64,000 bases of DNA from Takakia lepidozioides (GCA_030704615.1 CM060731.1:8370001-8434000), one strand, 5' to 3'; positions 46,150 to 60,629 are shown, counted from the first letter of the stretch. The notes: generated by a model from the letters alone, not told the origin. A program made the numbers and translations.

Positions 46150-48588
46150 AGAATGTGAGTAGCCGACTATGCTCTTCAATCTAGTCTAGGGTGAGTCCTT
46201 TTGTGTTTCTATATACTGTTCCAAGAAAATGATCAACCACTTGGGTTGATCAATGAAAACATGGCAAACTGTGCTGGAGAGGGTAGGTGGCTTGACAACA
46301 ACTCACCATTAAAAAATAAGGGACCGCTGTGGGACCGCTGTGGCAGTGGTCGCCTGGGAATGAGCGTCCACCGCTTGCTGAGAAAATTTCGATTCGCTGC
46401 TATTGGGGTACCAAGGACCCCACTGTTAGTGCAAAGCCTAGTTAATGCTGCAGTTGTCTCAGCAGGTTTGTGCTCCACGAGCACCTTCTCAAAGTAACTG
46501 CAGATTCTTACAGCGGCAGTCCAGTTACATATTGCAAAGCCTCTTCAGAGCACTTCAAATCTTCCGGCAAGATCTGCAAGTACCGCTAATGCTGCCCCGC
46601 TTGCTTGGCAAAGAATAGGGAGTGACTGATAGTTCCCCGCAGCCCTGCACACCCGGACAGCTGTCTCCGCATCAAAATGAGGCTCTCCTTTCCCGTCCTC
46701 TCCCTTGATAAAATCACCTAGCTTTCCAACATCTTTCAGCTTTGTTTAGTAGTTAAGAAGTAGGGTGGTGTGGTTTGCAGCCTCCTCTTATGTAATTTTC
46801 CAAAGTAACGAGTTAAATTATGTACGCGCTGTGCATGTAAAAATTTCTGGATCACATAGGAAGGTTCTGGCTGCCGAATTGTGCCTTTCTATTTGCCATG
46901 GCTTCATCGTAGTCCTGTTTCCATATAAATGGTCTCCATATTTTTGCGTCACGTCCAAAGTTGCTGCTGCATCTGCTCACCTGATCGCATGACCAGAGAT
47001 CTTTTGTGACTGGCGCGAGTAGCTGTGTCCTCAACCATCAAAGGTTCCTCATTCAGAACACTGAATGGTTAGAACTTTCCAAATGACACCAGCACAACCA
47101 TAGGTATAATAATTTTCAACTGAGTTACTGACCAGATTGATGGCTATGGAGTAGAGGTTATTCCGAAACAACATGTCAAGCTTGCTCCCCATGTCCCTCT
47201 CTACAATACACATGATCTTTTGATGGCGTGTAAGCAGCATGATGGTGCCCCACTTACAAAGAATGTGTCCGACTTCTCCCACTGAGGTGCTGTAGGCAAT
47301 GAGCTTGTTCTTTGAGTCATAAATGTTGAAAACATTCTTGTCAGGCTTGTGGAGGTCAGCTGTGAGTGCCAGTAAATCGCCAACCAAGCAATAGAACGCT
47401 TCTCCCCTCAAATGCCCAACAGCGTCACGGCCGCCCACTAAATAAAAATACACTGCTTCAATTCAGCCCACCACAAGGTCCATAAACGCAAGGATCTTAC
47501 TGTTCAATCAGACAATACAACTTTGAGCTCTTAGCTGAAACCTTCAGATTGAGATGCCGACCTTTGGCAGACAAGGTAAACAATAGACTCCAACTAAATG
47601 TTCTAATATGCCCAAAAATTTAGCTCTAACTGACCGTTATCACTCATAGCAACATACTGTCCCTCAGCTGCTTCTGAGGTGGCTGCTGATGCATATCAAA
47701 CAAATGGATTGTAGAGATGGTCACTGCAAAGAGCTGGAGGGCTTGGCCTTCCACATGGAAACCCAGGCCTGTAACACGGGATGCGGGTGTGTGGCTGTAA
47801 ATGGCAGGATCCACGCTGAGTCTCTCAGTCATGCAACTGGCTCGGGGGCAATGTCACCTCGAATGCCATTGATGAAGCCTGTCTCAAGGCCAAGACACAC
47901 TAAGAATATCTATTGATGCGTGCCAATCACACAAAACCACAGCCATTGTTTATAATGGGCGCTGAATACTAAAAATACAAACTCCTAACTCATGCCCCTT
48001 CATTAGTTCAAGGATAGAAATGTCTCCTCTCCACCATCCTAGCTGTCTCTGTCCATCACTTTTAGGGTCTCTATCTCTCTCAAACTCTATCTCTCGAACT
48101 CCATAACCCAACTTAGAAACAAAAACAGGAGTTGGCCATATGGAGATCCAAACCTGGGCTTCAGGGACCTTATTGGTGAAGACACGGAGAGACCGCACGC
48201 AGGCCGGCCCCGTGGTATTACAGCCCTCTGGCTGGGTTTTGTCACGTCCCACATCTTAAGGGTCATGTCGGACACCCTGGGATGGTGTGGGTATCATCCT
48301 CTCCCACCGATAGAAGCATATGCCGTTGCTGCACCCCACATCGATAATTCAATTTAATTTAGGAATGCAAAGAAACGTGAAGTTTGCAAATTGACCTGGA
48401 GCTGCTGGATGTGATGAACTCGCACCTGGAAGCTGTAATTGAGTTGGAGGCCACGACCCAGCACATGCAGCATGGCGTCCTCGGCGCCCACCACAATCTG
48501 CCCGCAGCCACTGGTGCTGCAAACCACCTTCTCCTTCAGTTCCCGCTGCCTTCTCCACGAAATACTGGAACTTTCGCCAATGATACAT
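46150..48588 (-). pseudogene. VPS11: VPS11 (HOPS/CORVET core subunit) pseudogene, 5' half, intron-containing
   Basis: MYHWRKFQYFVEK, VVCSTSGCGQIVVG, ACVRSLRVFTNKVPEA, VTGLGFHVEGQALQLFAVT, FNIYDSKNKLIAYS, SKLDMLFRNNLYSIAINL, QKYGDHLYG, FDAETAVRVCRAA, LVEHKPAET..RLCT, LPSPAQF. Many frameshifts and stops. No C-terminal RING found. Confidence 0.92.
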
Positions 48589-49504
48589 TCCCAAAAGTCT
48601 GTCTCCTCCCACCGATTCACTCGAGGCCTCCAATTAGACCATGTTTGAGACCCTCCACGTCTCCTCCGCCATCGCTACCCTGTATGCCTTGCGTGGGCCA
48701 GTCCAAGGGAAGCGAGGACGAGGCCCAGACGCAGCAGATTGGGAGTGGGTCTGGGGGATTGTTCACGTGAAGGTACAGTACACTTCTAAAATTTGAAGAT
48801 GTGGAGGGCTTGTGAAGACTCGAAACATGAATGAAGCAGATGCTCCTTTCGTCTGGAACATTAGATTCTAGCCGGGGATGTTTGGTGTAGCTTGGCCTCT
48901 TCCATTTTGAGAAAAACATGTCAAAAATTTCTCAGTGGACCTCACTGGGAACCAGGCTGCCATACAAATGATACTATAGTTCTTGGGAGTGGGAAATTAC
49001 TTTTGATGGTTAATTTATTTACCCACATATAATCTACACATAAGTGCAAACTTCCATTGTGCTTTTTCTACCAAAAAATACCGGAGCACCATGGTGACTT
49101 ACTAGGCTCAAAAATCTTATAATGCTTTGAAAAAGCACAGAAGCATATGATTTTTGAAACCATGCGTAGTCCAGTGGCACCTGCAGTGTCCAGGTGCTGG
49201 GATTCAAGCATGGGGCACCTTCCACTGATATTGCAAATGGACTGCAAGCCTGGACACACTCGCCATTTGCAGGAGACAGGAGACACATGTATAGAGTGGG
49301 TACTTGTAAGGTGTTAATTTCAATAACCTTGTATTTTGTTGCAAGAGGATGCCTCTTTACACAGTACAATGCACTTGACCTGCATTCAGACTCTGGCCAC
49401 GGCCAGAATGTCTGCTACATTCCCGGCACATTGTTGAATGAATGCTGAAGCACTGAGTAGTGCATAATTGTCATGATACAGCTCCATAAGTACAAAGTTG
49501 AAGA

Positions 49505-52500
49505 TCAAACAGGCCTGAAGGTTATGTTGTTGACAGACCTTGATTCCTTCATACGGCGCCGCCTTTCTTGGCCAAGCAGGTATGTCATACTGCTTTCCAT
49601 GCCTGTCAGTATTTTTTTGATCTCTGTTTGAGAAGAAGAAGCTGCTGCACGTTTAGCTTCTTCATTGTCCATGAGCCTGACCTCAGCCCATGTCCTACCA
49701 GACGTTTTCTTGGAGACAGAAGGGATGGCACGCATGCGCTTCTCTTTCAGGAGTTCAAGCTGGGACTGGGGATGACATGTAACATAGCAACTGTGGGGCT
49801 TGTGCTTCTGGTCAACGCAGTTTACTTCAAACTGTGAGCAAGCCATGGTTTCTCGTCTTGTTTGTCTGCACAGCGGAATCCCAAATCCTTTCTCATCGTC
49901 AATACAGGCCTCGGCGAGTTATGAAGAATGGGTGTGAAAGAAAGAAATGAAATGATATGGTACTTCGTGGCGTCCGCAGAAAGCTCAATGAGCCTATGGG
50001 ACCAAAGAAAGAAAGAAAGAAACTAATTTAAAATAAGTCCAAGGGGCCCATGAGGGCTCGCACAGAGTAGAAAGAGAAAGAAATAAACTTTATAACATTC
50101 GTGGAAGCTCGAAGACCTCATGGGACAACAGAAAGTAAGGAAGAAGAAAATTGGGGTCACAACAACCAGCCCCCACAACCAGAAAACGAGAATTCAACTA
50201 TAGAAGTCTCTAAGGTGGATCGCCTCCTGTCCATATGCTACAAGGCACTTTTTATCCTTGAAATGGAACACCTCTGCCAGGGATTGACAATTGCTCCAAT
50301 CGGCATCAAAAACCATGATTTGGGGGAAAGAGAGATCTGTGGCTCCCCTACAGAGGCATTAGCCCCACATGATACCAGCTGAATTCGAGGGGAATACATA
50401 TGGAGAGAGGAGGGCATCAGTATTTTTATGAATGCCATGGAGCCCAATGACAGGGTAATGGCCCCTGGGACTGGTCATCCACTTGTATGCTAGGTCTGTA
50501 CTCATTGACACCCACATCCTCTCGTAGATTAACGTTGGAATTGTTGCTCTCCTTGGAGCATTGAGCAGATACTACTGTATCCAAAAATATGCCAAGGAAC
50601 TAACCTTGTGACTAGGATCCCTAGGATCTCTCTCTTTTTCTTGTTAGATGAAAGGAGATACACCAAATTCAACCCCATCATCCTGGCTAGGGATCAGCGT
50701 GAGCACCAGCAACCCCCCACCCACCCACCCCCCGGGGCCCATGTTTCTCTCTCATCTCTACATCAATATAGCATACATATAGTGTGAGAGTGCATGACTT
50801 ACATATCTGAGGGGGCAGTCGATGGTCTAAGAGCCTCCCCATGGGATCGGAGAGCCTTGCTCATACACAGCCGTCTCCGCCGCTCACCAGGGAGCTCACC
50901 GGAAAACTCCTTCGGTGTTCGCTTGACACTCTCCATGGGACAAGCTATCTCATTGCCCCTCCGCAGTGGTGTGGTGCGGGAAGCCTGGGCACGACCAATC
51001 AATCGCCGGATCTCTCTTTGTATCAATTCATATTCTAGTTTGGGGGGCATTCCTCCACTGCTGAAGACCTGGTTCCCACACTCTAGCTCTCTTTGCACTT
51101 TGCGCACCAGTTTCATGATGCCAGCTGTCCCAATCTCTGGATCTAAACGCAGGTAGAGCTCTGTCAGACCACACGGGAAGGTCCACAGAGGGTTGAGAGT
51201 CATGTACTGATCACACAGCAATGTCAATCAAGTTGCACGGAATCAAGTGTTGGTCTGAGGGCTGGTGCAGCCATCGTGCTTGATAGCACAACGTTGATTC
51301 CAGCATGGCAGCAAGTGCCCCCATTCTGACACAATGTTACACATGGGGGCAGAGACAGACAGAAGGAAAGAAACTCATATAACATCCACAAGGGACCTCA
51401 AGGGCCCATGGGACAATAGAGCAACACCTGCATACAAAAAAAAGAGACAGTTTCTTGACACTCAAGATTCTAAGTGGCCATAGTTTGGAAGATGATGACA
51501 GCCTCTCATGCCAAGCTGATCAGGTTACAATGGGGACCTGCTTGTAGTGATCAAGCAGGTCCAGAAATAATGCATGGACAGGTTACTATACCAGACAGGC
51601 ACCCAAGCATCCAGCCAAGGGCAGCTTTCCGTCTGAGTTCACAGTTTTCACTTTCAATGCGCTGCCTTGTCCTTTCATCCTTCTTCTTGTAGTGGGCATA
51701 CGTCTCTTCCTTGCGCTGTATCTCTAACTGCAGGTCATCCACCTCTCCCTGTAGAGCCTGTTGCCATACACGCACTCTAACTTGGTACACTTTGACAAAT
51801 TTCAAATGTGACTAAGTTTCCAAACATATCACTTGGGAGATGGGATTGAATTTTTGTGCCTCCATTCCCCAAGACATGATTCCCAGGTAAGACAGCTTTC
51901 TACATTTGATAGCCCTTTGGTCTGCATGTCGGCCTTTACATTGACCAGCAATGTGGTAAGGTAAGGTTGATGGATTCTCCAGTGTGGTTTGATATGAAAC
52001 AAAGTGCTAGTAAGGTGAGGGGTAGAGAGCTACCATGGATAGCCAAGTTGCAGAAAGAGAGACCTTGTTTGTCATTCCCTTGTAGGCTACCTCAGACAGT
52101 GCGTAACTGCAACGAGGGAGTAGAGAGGGGAGGGCAAACAGGGGTAGAAATGGACACAAGTGACTGAAACTGACTGAAAGTGGCGGGAGATTGAACAAGT
52201 GGCATGATTCAAAGAGAAGAATAACTGACCTGGACCCTCTTTTGTTCCTTCTTGAGGTGCTTCTCTCGATGCTTGTTCTCACCCTTTAGACCATCAAAGG
52301 CATGCTCTATCTCCCAATTCCTTTTCTCCCTTTCCTGCTCCTTTACAATGTGTTCAGCCAAGTGTGCCCTGCAAGCATCCCATGCCCTCTCTTTTACTGA
52401 ACAGTTGCTGTGGGTTGTCTTATATATCCATTTTAGACAAGTCGTTCAAAGCTCGGCGGTCCTTTCAGAGCTTCAGGACAGGCTTTAGGATGAAACTGTA

Positions 52501-53567
52501 ACCCGACCAGGAAGAGTGTCATTCCCTTCAGTTGGCTTAGCTACACGACACCAACTAACACTGTTCTTGCCAAGACACACAGTGCTATGAGCAAAGTCAA
52601 TGCAAGGAAAGAAAAGCTCATGCTAGACCAACTTACTACTGATGTTTCTACGGGGCAGAGACGTCGCAGCCATGCCCAGTGTTAGTGAACATATTATTGG
52701 ATAGGAAGGAAGAATTGTGGGTAGTGATAAATGGGGGCGAACAGGCAATGATGCAACAGATCTTTGATTGCCATAGGATGAAGACCAGGAAAACTTGCGA
52801 AGAGACAGATCACTGACGAGAGAGAATGGACAGGTAAGGTAATGCTTCATCATTACACACATGCTAAGCCTTTGGGCCATAGACACCATAGCACATATAC
52901 ACTCTCCCAGCTGGATAATAATTTTTGTATGGAACTAGACCAAGGTGACATTCTGTGATTTTGCAACTGAAGTGAGGACTCTTCCGTTTCAAATGCTTTC
53001 AGTGGCTTATCTTTCAAAGCCTAGTTCATACATGATGCGAACCTCATGAGTATCGATATTCGATTAGAACTATCACCCAGCTGGGAGAGGGTATGTCTCA
53101 TGGTGTCAAAGGCCCAACGGCTAGAGCATGTGTAAATGATTAAGCACATAGCTTACCTGTGCACTGTCTCTCTCTGGAACAAACAGAATGCTGATTGCTT
53201 GCAAATCTTTGTTGAGTACGTCAGGGTACCTGCAGCCATGGTCCAGCTCCTGTTTGAGCTCTTTGTTTACTCGTCGAAGATCGCCTTCTCGCTCCTCGTA
53301 CTCAAGCCGTTGGTGATCAAAAGCAGTTTCCATGGAGTTCAGGTATTCCAAAAGCTCCTCACTTTTCTTTTCATATTCGTCAATAATGTCTTGCCTCAAG
53401 CATGCAACTTCTAGTCTTTCCTTATCCAAAGCTGCGGACTTCTCTTGTACATCCTTCTGCCCTATGAGATCAGCCCAGTTTAGTAGCATTAAGGATTTCA
53501 CTAACAGTATACTGCACGATAGACCTCAGTTTTTTAGGACTTGTTACTCAATTCTGTTTGCATCCAT
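49505..53567 (-). pseudogene. Multi-exon charged coiled-coil gene of unknown family, probably decayed
   Basis: Exon-like E/K/R-rich pieces bounded by AG/GT at about 53155-53567, 52230-52495, 51590-51757, 50802-51330 and 49505-49867. In-frame stops occur in at least two pieces. Confidence 0.5.
52853..53135. mobile_element. MITE-like foldback element (~65-bp imperfect terminal inverted repeats)
   Basis: ttacacacatgct..gggccatagacaccat..ctctcccagctgg (52853-52920) pairs with ccagctgggagag..atggtgtcaaaggcccaa..agcatgtgtaa (53071-53135). Confidence 0.7.
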
Positions 53568-56500
53568 GAATCACCTTTAAGAAACAGGGGAGCGTGAGTA
53601 CGCTGGAATTGGTGAACATTGTTCTATGTTCCGGTTCTAAGCATTCTGCCGGACCCTCAATCCCCAATTGGCTCGACGAAGAAAGGTTTCTGCGGGACCC
53701 TCATCTCCAGTTGGTAGAGATAGAGACAAGAAACGAAGTACTCATATTACATCCTTAAGGGTATGCCACTCATCTGGACATGGAACTTGGCCTCTCATAC
53801 AAAAGAGAACGAACACAAAAAATCACTGGCGGATTGTGGGTTTTCAACCTCAGCTGGAAATGCGGTAACAGAAAATGGAATGCCAATTTGTCGGCTAGTA
53901 TCGGAAGTCTCTTCCTCTAGCTTGCAGTAGATTGATACCTGACGGCGGTTCCCCGCTGTGTTTGAGAGAGAGAAAAGAAGATTTACTGCGTCAACATTAA
54001 GCTGGTGACTTGAGGAAGAGAGTGCGCAACAAATAAAGAGAAGACTAACGGGACCTATTAGAATCAGGCTTATCTTGCTTCCCAAAGTGGAGAGTGTATC
54101 TTAGAGATGTGTTGTGTTTTAGTTTGGTCACTCAAGTTACTCGGCCTTACGTGGATGAAGCATTTCCTGAGGGGACTCATACGGGGAGTAGTCCCGCGTG
54201 CCTGGGCCATTTTGAATCTGTCGCCTCCCCGTTGTAACCCTCGTGCTACCTTTGAGATTCATAACGCTTGAAGCTCTGCCCACAAACTGGCCTCCTCATC
54301 CCCCTACAACTACATGCTCAGCACATTCAATTGGAACCGACTTAGACATGCCACCATTCAATGTGTCAAATGTGTCAAATGTAGACATTCTCAACAGAAG
54401 AAAATCTGTACCTTGCCCGACACTTGCTTTCAACTCCTCCGAATTCTGGTGAGGGAGGATCGACTTCCTAACAGACTGAAGAAGAGTAATGTGGGTAAAC
54501 TATGGAATGCATTCGTTTGGGGTTTCTCAAACAAGAAGTCAACGAAGTGATTTTCTAAGTTAGAAGTGCAGTGAAAACTGATGTATTCATGTGGATTGTA
54601 TACCGAGTGATAACAACATACTATTATATCTCACTAGGATTGTGGAGCTGCTAGTATGTGAGTGCATTGCAGCTAGAGAGAGAATGTACTCATTTGATTG
54701 ATTCCAAACAGGGGACTGATATTGATGCTGGCCACCAAGGCAACTGCTTGCTTAGCCCCTTCTCCAGTATGTCACTCACAGATCTAAAAGGCTTCCAATA
54801 GCATATCAATGTGATCATGTAGGTCGAATTCTTCGGTGAACTGTTCCTCCCATCTGCGAAAAGTATGGCGGTGAGACGCAGACAAACGTGGGTGAGGATC
54901 TGACTGTAAGAGAGAGGAAGATGAGGAGAATCCTCAAGCATTCAAGGGCAACATGTAACTTAGGCTATTGGTTTCAGTGTCGAAACCGCTTGTATAGTCT
55001 ACAATGTTTTGTTGCTTTAGCAAATCTGCAACAAGTGTTTTTGTACCCCATAATTAACAGATGCTGGAGAAGATAGCGAAGATGGACCACTGCAGGTTGT
55101 GAGTCAACGTTGAAGTTTCACATTGATGTATCTGTCGGTATTCGATTACTTGATAAGCGAATGGATCCCGTTTCTTAGGTTACACTTCTGCATGGCGTGA
55201 TATACAGGGAGCACATTTCTATCACCATGCTTTATTGAAATTCCTTCTGCTAGATGTCAGCTTCGTTTTTGTGATTCCACTGATGATTATGGAATTGGGC
55301 TCATGGGGAGGAAGGCTTTGAAGAATTTTAACGGTCCTATGTTTGTCCACTTTGTCATCGAAGTTCTAAGCCGTCCCATTATTTATCAAAACCACGGACA
55401 GGGTTTCTGGCTCCAGCATATGGCAATCCACATCCACTGAGTACAACCCCCTCATCGATTAGTGCGCTGCTCTTCACCCAACACCTGAAATTACTATCTT
55501 CCAAGCATTGGCACCCAAACCATGGTTCAATAATACGAGTGACCTAGTATTCCAAGGGTCGCTATATCTGGTTGCCTACAGAAACATTCACTCTTGCAAA
55601 TGAACCAAGCTTATATCCAAATTTTGCGATGTGAGGGATGCACTCTTTACATGATTGAGGTGATGCTGGTTGTACATCCCCGATGGATAATAACCCTCTG
55701 GACGTGATTTGGGACACACTCATGGAGTATGGAACTAAGCTCGACAGCCAAGAGGTCTTATCAACAACCAGTCACAATCCGGCTACAGAATGATGGAGTG
55801 TCAATGTGAGGGTTGGCCCTGACACCATACTGACAATGAATTGAATATGTACCAAGTGTTGAGAAACTCCAGAGAGAGCCTTGAGGCTACGGGCAGAACC
55901 AGCACAAGACAAGCATAACAGTTACATAAGTATATGATAGGGGGCAGAGAGAAAGCTGGGCATGGAGTCCTTTCGGAAGAACTTACCTTGGGATGATTGG
56001 CAAATGGGTCGCCAAATACGATGCAAAGAGATATGGAGAGGGATGGACCTGGAGATGAGAAAGAAGAAGGAACGACCAAAAAATCCTAACAGACAGAGAA
56101 AGAAAAAAAGAGGAACCAACCTACTGCAAACAGAGAGCAGAGGAATATCGTACGACCAAAGGACCCACGGGACCCAAAGAAAGTGAAAGCACAGAGTGAA
56201 AGAGAGAGAGAGAGAGAGAGAGAGAAAGTTGATAGAGAGGGCGAGAGAGAAGCGTCGAGAAAGAGAGTTCGGAAAGCAGAGAGAAAATATAAGCGAAAGA
56301 CATTTCAGTTGAAAACTGAACGTTCAACTGAACGTCCCTGTGCATGTCTTATCTCCCTGACTGCCACATTTTTCTCTCTCTTTCTTACATACCAGTTATC
56401 TCTATCACTTGCCCGCTCCAAGATTCGACCCTGCAACCTATCGATAAGCACTAGATGTAGGAGGACACTAGGAATAAGGTAAGAACTAAGCTAAGAACGA

Positions 56501-56596
56501 ACGTGCCATCTGACGGTACTTCCGCCGGATTCCGGCAGCCTGGGCTCCTCCGGCGAGGCGTCCCACCCCCTCTTACCTTGGTTTCACTATTAAATA

Positions 56597-58320
56597 CCGT
56601 ATTGGGATAGCCGGTTAGGCACTTGCCTGCCTAATAATTATTTTTGGGGCCATTTGGCACTTAGGCACTTTTGAGAATTTTTTTAAAATTAGGCATCTTG
56701 GATGTGTAATTTTTTCAAATTAGGCAACTAAAAACAATGATCACAAAATGGAAACACAAAAATATAAAAATACAGCCGCTGCCATGGATGAAAATTGAAA
56801 ATTGATTCCATGGTTGACGTTTTAAATGAAAACTCAGCCGCTACCCCAAAACATTCATAATTTGGGAACTTTTTGGCAAAGGGAATAACTGTTCATGTTG
56901 GAGTATAATATAATTTAAAGAATAATGTGAAGCCTGCTGATGTTCATGTTCGGTTTTGCAATGTGTGCAGGTTCTTATATGCTCTCAGTTGAAAGATTCT
57001 CAAATCCAGTTCTCAGTTTTCAGCGTTCAGCTTCTACTTGGTCCTTGTAAGCTACAGTCTCGTAGTGTCATTAAGTGAGATTATTGAGTCACTTATAAAG
57101 GGCTTGCAATCCATTTTCCCACTTTTCCCAAAATGGCTTCTGGTAGCGGTTATTGACAGCTCTTGCATTCACCCACAAAACTTATATACTTCTGTAAGGA
57201 ACATATAATCCAACCTCTTAAAAGTCGTGAACTGTTTCAAATATCCAAAGCCTAGATTGCAGGAAACTCTTGACAGAAGTATATTTTTTCAGGTGCTAAA
57301 GTCTTGTTGAAAAGCTGAAGTGTTCCCAAAGCACGCAACCAGCTATACGCTCGTTGGCTTGAGAGGGTAGTAGCTATGGTTGGCAGGGGCATGGTAGGAC
57401 GAGGGAGCACAGATTGGAGTTGTTGAGCACATGTCTGCCTCTTAACAACGCTTGCACCGTCTCATGAGCTGCCAGGTAAATTGCCATCAACCTCATTTAG
57501 CACTTTGGAAACAGTTGGTATTTTCTGTTTTGCACAGGGAAATTGGAATCGTGTAGTGATTGATGTTGTGGGAAATCTGGGCAATTCTGCATAGCTATCA
57601 GGAAGTGGGTCTGGGCTCCCTTGATGATGGAAGAGTTTGCATGCATGGGATAAGGGTCAAGACGTACGTGATTATCCTGTCTTTCGAGCTTCCTCTTTGC
57701 TTGAGAGGCTGTGTAGGAGAGTGGGAGCGAATTGTCAAGTGCTACTTGAACTTTACGAGTGCTATCAAGCCAAGCTGATAGAGGATCAACGCTTACACCG
57801 TCTCATGAGCTGCCAAGTAAATTGCCATCAACCTCATTTAGCACTTTGGAAACAGTTGGTAGTTTTTGTTTTGCGTAGGGAAATTGCAATCATGTAGTGA
57901 AATGTTGTGGGAAATCTGGGCAATTGTGCGTAGCTATCAGGAGATGGGTATGGGCTCCCGGATAAAAATTAAAAATTGAGTCCATGGATGAGATTTAAAA
58001 TGAAAACTCAGCCGCTACCATGGATGAAAACTGAAAAGTGAGTCCATGGATGACGTTTTAAATGAAAACTCAGCCGCATGGATGCAAATTGAAAATTGAG
58101 TCCATGGATGACGTTTTAAATGAATATCATTATAAATGGATGTCATTTTTATTTTATTTTTTCTATTTCAGATTTGTTTCTAATTTAAATTCAAGTTTTT
58201 ATACCATAGGCACTTTTAGAGAAATTTTTGAAAATTAGGCACTCTTGTCAAAAATAATTTATTTTGGTTAGGCATTTTTTTTTCGAATTAATTTCTGCCT
58301 AACCGGCTATCCCACTACGG
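56597..58320. mobile_element. Non-autonomous Tc1/mariner (Tc2/pogo-like) element, 1.72 kb, TA TSD
   Basis: 25-bp TIRs ccgtattgggatagccggttaggca and tgcctaaccggctatcccactacgg (1 mismatch), with TA on both sides and subterminal ttaggca repeats. Confidence 0.88.
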
Positions 58321-59639
58321 TACTTACGAATCCAAGAGGGTGCTAGGCCGTGGAGAGTAGCTTGTTGGTAAAGTGATTGCGAGATTTTGGGTTCGATTGT
58401 CGATGGGAGCCTAGTGTAACCCAAGGTACTGTCACCCCAGTTGGTCTAACCTCGGAGTAGTGTTATTTGTGTCTTGTGTGACTTCTCTTAACCTCTTGAG
58501 GACCACGAGGCCCATTTAGGGCCGCGGCCTCCCACTCCAATCCCTCTACAGTTGTTGGATGTTCATGAAATCGAACGGTGAAAGTTTAGAAGTGATGCAA
58601 AAAGGATTGCGCCAAGCTCTGGAGCTTGCAAGCATCTTGAGTTTGAGCTCCAAGAGTATGAAAGCTGTAGAAGAGATATCCTACGATTGATGAAGAAGGC
58701 TGGTAGAGACAACCTCTCTTCTTCAATATTCAAAACTGCGCAGGAAACGCATTTCTTGCATAATTATCGCCTTTTTCCTGTTTTCTCTTAGAAGATGAGC
58801 TCTTACTCCTCATCACCACTATTCCACTTGAAACCTTCAACTTCTTCTGTCTTTTCATAGTTTCCTACCTCTTCAGATCTAGAAAAGAGATTTTCGTGCG
58901 TTATCACTATGTTTTCATCCACAAGGCTGGCGGCCGACATGAGAAATCCCATGGCTTCAATTCATGGCCAAGATGTATGATGTCCATCGTGGGTAAAGCT
59001 CAATATGGTTGGCGGTTGGAAGGAAGTTGCGACTGCGACTGCGACTGCACCTTCCTAGTGTAAAGACATGTTTCACTATCTACTTTGGCTCCAACATATG
59101 ACTATGGTGGCTATTGTCTTTACAATTTATTTTTGAATATGCACACCAACTCTAAAGTTGGAGGCATGTACGAGACAATCTTGCGAATGGATCTACCAGG
59201 GTATGAAACCATTATATGCGCGCTATCTTCTTCCCGCTCACATCGGCCTCGAGCCCCTCCACCCTCCTCCGCTCCTTCTTCACTCCCTTCTTCACTCCCA
59301 TGCTTCACACTGTTCCGTTGCATTGTCTCTCTGAACTCTATAGCTTCAAGTTGTTTTCCTTCCTTGCTTTTGGCTTAGGCATTTTAAGGGTTTATGTTAC
59401 CTGCATGTGGTTCTGTGAGTCCTTTGTATTTCTGATGAACGCTACCTACTTTAGTACCTTGTTTTTTGATTACATATGGATTGCATTTCTGTAGTTGCAC
59501 TTGCACTTGCCAGCTACTATCTAGCTACTGCATTTAGGGTTTTCATTTGAATCTCACTCGACCTTCTCATTTCGTAGATTCGGGATCCTCATGCATTTCA
59601 GCTTGGTGAAGGCGACATCAGCCCTGCTAACCCATTTGA

Positions 59640-60190
59640 ATGGCCATGGAATGCAGAAGATTCTGATTCTGAGTGGAATGGCAAGTCACAAGATTGGAAA
59701 ACAAGTCAGTCGGGTTCTAATTGGGATCATCGTGATGTTAATGGGGACCTTCTAGGGGGGTTGGGAATTTATGATAATGAGGAATCATTGAAGACCAATA
59801 TTATTGGAGTTGAATTTGATGACATCTACAAGAACAACAACTGGCAGTCCCGTTCTAAAATCTTGTGTCAGAATTCCAACAATTTTACAAGGAAACCTTG
59901 GGGACCAACAGCGGACACTCCACCTATCAGACCTTCTGTAGTAAGTTTTTTTTATTCTTTTTTGCTTAAGTCTACACTACTTCGAATTGTGAATGAGACT
60001 AACAGGTATGCTCAAAGAGTGATCAATGTTTGCACGCGGGCAACGGAAGGAGGTAGGCGCTGGTTTCTTTTGTGTGTAGAAGAGCTACGGGCTTATTTGG
60101 GGATTTGCATTTATATGGGCATAAAAAAAGAACCGAATGTCCGCTGCTATTGGTAGAAATCTTCTTTTCTCGGCTATCTGGTCATTAAAC
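59640..60190 (+). mobile_element. Second piggyBac-like transposase remnant (N-terminal part)
   Basis: ORF 59761-60156: SFFYSFL..LLRIVNETNRYA..GGRRW..VEELRAYLGICIYMGIKKEPNVRCYW, the conserved PGBD N-terminal block. Confidence 0.88.
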
Positions 60191-60629
60191 CCTATTTTAA
60201 TTAATTCTAGACTTTTGGCTTAAATCCGGACTAAACTTAATATATATTTGTATTAAATTTAATTGAAATATTAATAATATCATGGTGTAATGTGTGATTG
60301 AACTTTGTGAAGTTTCAGGTGATGTCATACTTCTTTTCAAAATGTGTCATAGAAGAGGTCCATTTGACATTGAAGTGCTCAATGTGAAGTAGCAGTATTG
60401 AACAATTCATTGAACGTCCACTTGGAAGTCGAATAAAGTAATATTCCATTGCAGGTCATCATGATAAACAAATGGGTCGCATCAAACATGGCCAAAACTC
60501 GTACTCTACCATACTCGATACAACTTGCTAGTAATTTTATTGATTGAATTTTCATATGAAGCACAATGTTCACATACCACGCCATTGGAATGAATCATAT
60601 TTTAGATGTGACAAGGGCAGTAAAATATT

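Noticed and set aside
49985-51425. Recurrent catgggac..agaaag motifs and a possible LINE fragment in introns
   Set aside because: Probably old retroposon debris, but boundaries and identity cannot be supported.
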